Shown: positions 60,038-64,000 of the stretch, in pieces | Numbering within the stretch: the stretch's first letter is position 1 | Layout: each line of letters starts with the position of its first letter | From: Candidatus Campbellbacteria bacterium | GTDB taxonomy: Bacteria > Patescibacteriota > Minisyncoccia > Phycocordibacterales > EsbW-18 | Reading direction: 5' to 3' | NCBI GenBank assembly: GCA_024653945.1 | Contig: JANLIT010000004.1 | Coordinates: 77,281-141,280 of the forward strand | DNA: 64,000 bases | The notes under the pieces: model-generated | The model's database searches: none | Told to the model about the DNA's origin: nothing | Seen by the model: the letters and a program-made list of their open reading frames with translations, nothing else | Position numbers and translations under genes: made by a program

Positions 60038-60358
60038 GTATATCCCGCGCTCACCGTCTTACCAAATGTGTAAACGGGAAATCATGGTGAGGTGAGTGTT
60101 GGATATACCCTGTTGAGCGGCCAGTTTCTATTTTCTTTATTTTTGGTATGTACCAATATATCGGTACATACCCATATTTTTTGCTACGCATTTCTTTTTT
60201 CTAGTGCGATATATCGCACTATTTCATTCGATATATCGAATGAAATGAAAAACAAAAATAGATACGTCCTTATATAGAACACTATTCCCCCGATACAATC
60301 ACCACCCCAGTAGCAGAGTACACCTGCCTGCCGCAGGCAGGGCTCGCTACGGGGCAGG
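60038..60358. repeat. Cluster of palindromic elements
   Basis: REP-like IR 60038-60108; three CGATATATCG-core palindromes 60145-60246; nested IR 60305-60354. Confidence 0.75.
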
Positions 60359-60363
60359 TAAAC

Positions 60364-61059
60364 TCACTTTTTGCTGGATACAATAACTACAAACTCACCT
60401 TTTTGTTTTTCCTTCCGTGTTTCAAAGTGGGCCAATACTTCTTGTGCATTTCCGCGTACAATTTCTTCATAGATTTTGGTAAGTTCACGCGCGATTGAAA
60501 TAGTTCGTGTTGCATCAAGTGATTCTGCAAGCACGGCGAGTGTCTTCATTATTCTGTGGGGTGATTCATAAAACACTGTTGCACGTTTTGATTCTGCTAT
60601 TTCTTTAAAAAGAGTTTGCCGTCCTTTCTTGTGAGGTAAAAATCCGAGGAATACAAAGTCAGCAATAGGTACCCCAGCGATGGAGAGCGCAGTTGTTAAT
60701 GCCGAAGGTCCTGGAATTGCTTCAATACGCACGTCGGGCATTTTTTCTCGAATAACTGAAACTACAAGAGACCCTGGGTCTGAAATTCCCGGAGTTCCCG
60801 CATCAGACACCAGTGCAACTTTTTTTCCTTCAGTGAGCGCCCCCATCACTGAACCAATTTTTGCGTGTTCGGTACGTGCATTCAACGAGGATGTGCGTGT
60901 GTGAATGTCATACTTATCTAAAAGTCGTTTGGTCACACGTGTATCTTCACAAAAAATAACATCCGCTTCTTTAAGCGTGCGAAGTGCACGAAGAGTTACG
61001 TCTTCCAAGTTCCCAATTGGTGTACCGACTATAAAAAGTGTTCCGAGATTTTCTTCCAT
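60364..61059 (-). CDS. rsmI: 16S rRNA C1402 2'-O-methyltransferase
   Basis: TPIGNLED, CEDTR, SDAGTPGISDPG, YESPHR, RELTK. Confidence 0.96.
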   Translation of the reverse strand: MEENLGTLFIVGTPIGNLEDVTLRALRTLKEADVIFCEDTRVTKRLLDKYDIHTRTSSLNARTEHAKIGSVMGALTEGKKVALVSDAGTPGISDPGSLVVSVIREKMPDVRIEAIPGPSALTTALSIAGVPIADFVFLGFLPHKKGRQTLFKEIAESKRATVFYESPHRIMKTLAVLAESLDATRTISIARELTKIYEEIVRGNAQEVLAHFETRKEKQKGEFVVIVSSKK

Positions 61060-61124
61060 AGGATATGTATACTATAAAACGAAATGTCCTGCGAGGAAAA
61101 CTCCCTCACAGGACGAAACTACAT

Positions 61125-61859
61125 TCACGGATGCTTGAGAAGCTGATCATCGAGACCGAGCCCGGCGTTCAGTCTCCGAGTAAATTCACGGATTTTTGCC
61201 ACGCGCATCCCCTGATTTGGACCTTCCTTCTCAAGAAAGTCCGCGATTCTGTTGAAGATGCGACCGGCCTGTTTTTTTTCATACAACGAACCAGAGACGA
61301 CAAGCTCGGCGGCAATCTCTTCTACGGCTGCAAGGCCGATGAAGATTGCCGACGGTTTGCTCGGGTAATCCTGTGGCAGGCACTCGAGCGATGTCATTGT
61401 GAGAAGGGCTCTCGTGTGCTGACTCGGATTTCTGAGGAGGCCCGCCTGCGCAATTTGAAACGCCGTTTTTTTAAACCTCATCTTCGCAAGAACCGTAGAG
61501 ACAACGTCGCATTGGTTTGCCGACAAGAACGTATTGAAGCCCCCTGCGAGAAGAGCGCTCATCAAAGCGAGAATCGCCGAAGGTAGTCCTAGTGGCAACC
61601 ACAGAAAGACAAACCAAAAGGCTTTTTCGAGCCGTACCGAATCTTCTGCAGCGAGATCATCCCAGCCCTTGCGCATCGCCCACACTGTAGTGGCAATGCT
61701 GTACATCGTACTTGAAAATGAAACGAGTGCGCTCACGAGACCAAACAGAACGAGCTCCGGAATGAAACGGAGTAGCGCCATGACGAACAACAGAAGCTTC
61801 GCCCACCATCCCGAGTACTTCCAGTGAAGATCGCTGTAGAATTCCTTGAGCCTATTCAC
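61125..61859 (-). CDS. Hypothetical membrane protein
   Basis: 244-aa ORF with GGGGG upstream and hydrophobic N-terminal half. Confidence 0.65.
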   Translation of the reverse strand: MNRLKEFYSDLHWKYSGWWAKLLLFVMALLRFIPELVLFGLVSALVSFSSTMYSIATTVWAMRKGWDDLAAEDSVRLEKAFWFVFLWLPLGLPSAILALMSALLAGGFNTFLSANQCDVVSTVLAKMRFKKTAFQIAQAGLLRNPSQHTRALLTMTSLECLPQDYPSKPSAIFIGLAAVEEIAAELVVSGSLYEKKQAGRIFNRIADFLEKEGPNQGMRVAKIREFTRRLNAGLGLDDQLLKHP

Positions 61860-61936
61860 ATGAACCCCCGTATTCCTGCGTAGTTATTATTGAACTTCCT
61901 AAAATAAAATACCAGAAATATCTACATAAGTCAACG

Positions 61937-63229
61937 CTATACCAATAGGCGTTCGCCAACTTTGTAAATGTCTCCTGCGCCCATCGTTATAACAACATCG
62001 TTCGGCTCAACACTTCGAGAAAGCGTGTGCGAGAGTGCATCAAGCGTTTCGTATGATTCTACCTGTTTACCATACTGTCGCAACGCATCGCCCAGCATGT
62101 GGTGGGATATTGAAGGGTCGTGCGCTTCTCGTGCCGCGTAAATTGGTGCCAAAAGAACCCTGTTGGCATTATGAAAACTTTCTGCAAAATCGTTAAAAAA
62201 AGTTTTTGTTCTGCTGTAGAGATGTGGCTGAAACACAACAACAATATTTTTATCAGGAAATCGTTTTTTAAAACCAGCGAGCGTGGTACGAATTTCTTGT
62301 GGGTGATGTGCATAGTCATCAAATACTTCTGTTCCCCGTGTGGTACGTCCTTTATATTCACTTCTCCGCCATGTTCCCCGAAAATTCGCGAGCGCGTCGT
62401 TGATAGTTTCTTCGGGAACACTGAAAAATTCACCGACAGTGTGTGCAATAGCGGCATTCTTTGTGTTGTGTTCACCAAACACAAAAAGTTCTCGGTCTGG
62501 ATTGTAATGCGCCATGTAGTTGAGTATAGGAACTGAAATACCAGCGAGTGTTTCTTGTACAACAGAATCATCGGTGTTGCACACAATGGCACCATACGAA
62601 GGCACTTTGAGGGCCAACTCTCGAAACGCACTTTGAATATCTTTCAAATCTTTGTAGTAATCCAAATGGTCTTCGTCAATGTTGGTAATCACCAACACAC
62701 TCGGATGCAAATGTAAAAAAGAACGTTTGTACTCGCACGCCTCAACAAGAAAACGTTTTGTATGCCCCGGAACAAAATTACTACGTCCCCCTTTGAGCAA
62801 GGAACCCACGATAACCGTTGGATTGATATCTTTTGCCAACACGTCTGCAATCATTGCAGTTGTTGTTGTCTTTCCATGTGTACCCGATACCGCAACGGTA
62901 AAAGCTTCTTTTGAAATTTCTCCAAGTACTTCTGGATATGAAAGCGTGGGGATATGCAAACCTCGCGCACGAATCATTTCTGGATTGTCCCCTGCAATTG
63001 CTGGCGAATACACGACCAAATCAGCAAACAATGGAACATGGTGTTCATCGTGCCCTGGTCGCACACGCACACCAATGTTTTCCAGGTCGTGTGTAATGGG
63101 CGACAGTACTCTATCCGAACCACTCACGTGTTTACCGTGGTACTTCATCATCCGTGCCATAGCAGAAACACCAATGCCCCCAACGCCGATGAAGTGAATG
63201 TGTTTTGTTTTATTAAGATTGAGCGACAT
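61937..63229 (-). CDS. murC: UDP-N-acetylmuramate--L-alanine ligase
   Basis: GVGGIGVSA, GTHGKTTTT, EACEY, DDYAHHP, FQPH, MGAGD. Confidence 0.95.
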   Translation of the reverse strand: MSLNLNKTKHIHFIGVGGIGVSAMARMMKYHGKHVSGSDRVLSPITHDLENIGVRVRPGHDEHHVPLFADLVVYSPAIAGDNPEMIRARGLHIPTLSYPEVLGEISKEAFTVAVSGTHGKTTTTAMIADVLAKDINPTVIVGSLLKGGRSNFVPGHTKRFLVEACEYKRSFLHLHPSVLVITNIDEDHLDYYKDLKDIQSAFRELALKVPSYGAIVCNTDDSVVQETLAGISVPILNYMAHYNPDRELFVFGEHNTKNAAIAHTVGEFFSVPEETINDALANFRGTWRRSEYKGRTTRGTEVFDDYAHHPQEIRTTLAGFKKRFPDKNIVVVFQPHLYSRTKTFFNDFAESFHNANRVLLAPIYAAREAHDPSISHHMLGDALRQYGKQVESYETLDALSHTLSRSVEPNDVVITMGAGDIYKVGERLLV

Positions 63230-63725
63230 GGTTGATATAGCTTGCAATAATTTTTGATTCATCTAAATCTGTTCGTTCAAATCGTTTTCCTTGTTCAATA
63301 AAAATATCGTGTAATTCTTTCGGCTCAATCCACTGAATAACGCTCCCCGCCTCAAGATCGTCTTTCGCTCGCAATGATTCGTCAAGGCTTTGCTTCTCTA
63401 CATGAAAGTAGAGGGTTGTTTTCTCAACCATACTACCACTTGAGGGTCGTGGAAATGTCGATTGAATTGACCCAAGATATCCTCGTATAACACCTGTTGC
63501 ACCAAATTCTTCACGAAGACCACGCACGAGTGCTCCTTCTATAGTTTCTCCTGGTTCAAGTGTCTCACGCATCAGTAGGTGGATTGCTCCTGTTATTCCA
63601 CGTGAAGCAAGCATTGTGTCGCTATTAAAAAAATGACAACACACACGTCCCTGCTCATCAGTAAGCACAGCTCCTATGGAGACATGGAATGGAAGTTTGT
63701 CGCTCGATTGAAAAAGATGGCCCAT
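63213..63725 (-). CDS. NUDIX hydrolase
   Basis: ETLEPGETIEGALVRGLREEFG Nudix-like box. Confidence 0.8.
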   Translation of the reverse strand: MGHLFQSSDKLPFHVSIGAVLTDEQGRVCCHFFNSDTMLASRGITGAIHLLMRETLEPGETIEGALVRGLREEFGATGVIRGYLGSIQSTFPRPSSGSMVEKTTLYFHVEKQSLDESLRAKDDLEAGSVIQWIEPKELHDIFIEQGKRFERTDLDESKIIASYINHVAQS

Positions 63726-63726
63726 A

Positions 63727-64000
63727 CTAGATTTTTTGAATTGCCTTCATAAACTGATCCCCACGGTCATATTCGTTGATAAACGTTCCTTTTGACGAAA
63801 ATGCGGGGCTCAGTAGTATTGTATCACCGACTCGCGCAGCGCGACGCGCCGTTGTAACCGCCTCCTGCATACTCTCAACTTCTGTTACAGAATCAAAATC
63901 CTCATCGTGAATCAGAGGGCGTATGCGCGTCGTTCCTACCCCTTTCAATAAAACAAGTGCACGGCAATGTTGTGGTAATTCATTCATGAGTTCCCCCATA
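63727..64000 (-). CDS. murD: MurD ligase C-terminus (partial)
   Basis: GDTILLSPAFSS...NEYDRGDQF; upstream of murC. Confidence 0.85.
   Translation of the reverse strand, partial: MGELMNELPQHCRALVLLKGVGTTRIRPLIHDEDFDSVTEVESMQEAVTTARRAARVGDTILLSPAFSSKGTFINEYDRGDQFMKAIQKI

Overview
A 64-kb chromosomal segment, almost entirely minus-strand, from a small-genome bacterium most consistent with Patescibacteria/CPR (Parcubacteria-like). This is inferred from the truncated PheS, EF-Ts and RF1, a PheT lacking the B2 domain, a split transketolase in a gap-rpiB-rpe-tkt-pfkB-fba cluster, and many apparently leaderless genes. Contents in order: gyrB (partial), pheT/pheS, tRNA-Thr(UGU), tsf-rpsB, prfA, rpmE, a duplicated two-gene surface-protein cassette, two lytic transglycosylases, rplY, a secreted protease, central carbon genes, gatB, obgE, secA, murB, a ~19.5-kb glycosylation locus with 8 glycosyltransferases and 8 methyltransferases, a VirB4/HerA-like ATPase, rsmI, murC and murD (partial). 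Most notable: (1) a 348-nt highly structured RNA gene with its own promoter and terminator between obgE and gatB that I cannot assign to a known class; (2) a complete NlpC/P60 Cys-His-His hydrolase domain inserted inside the B5 domain of PheT; (3) a recurring scar in which a gene's 5' end is duplicated and the first copy is broken by a short hairpin (tkt, gatB, tRNA-Thr); (4) tandem A-B cassettes with a conserved junction and variable bodies; (5) a 25-aa histone-H1-like peptide missed by the ORF track; (6) a two-copy ~120-bp MITE with 4-bp target duplications. All calls come from reading the sequence; no database searches were run.
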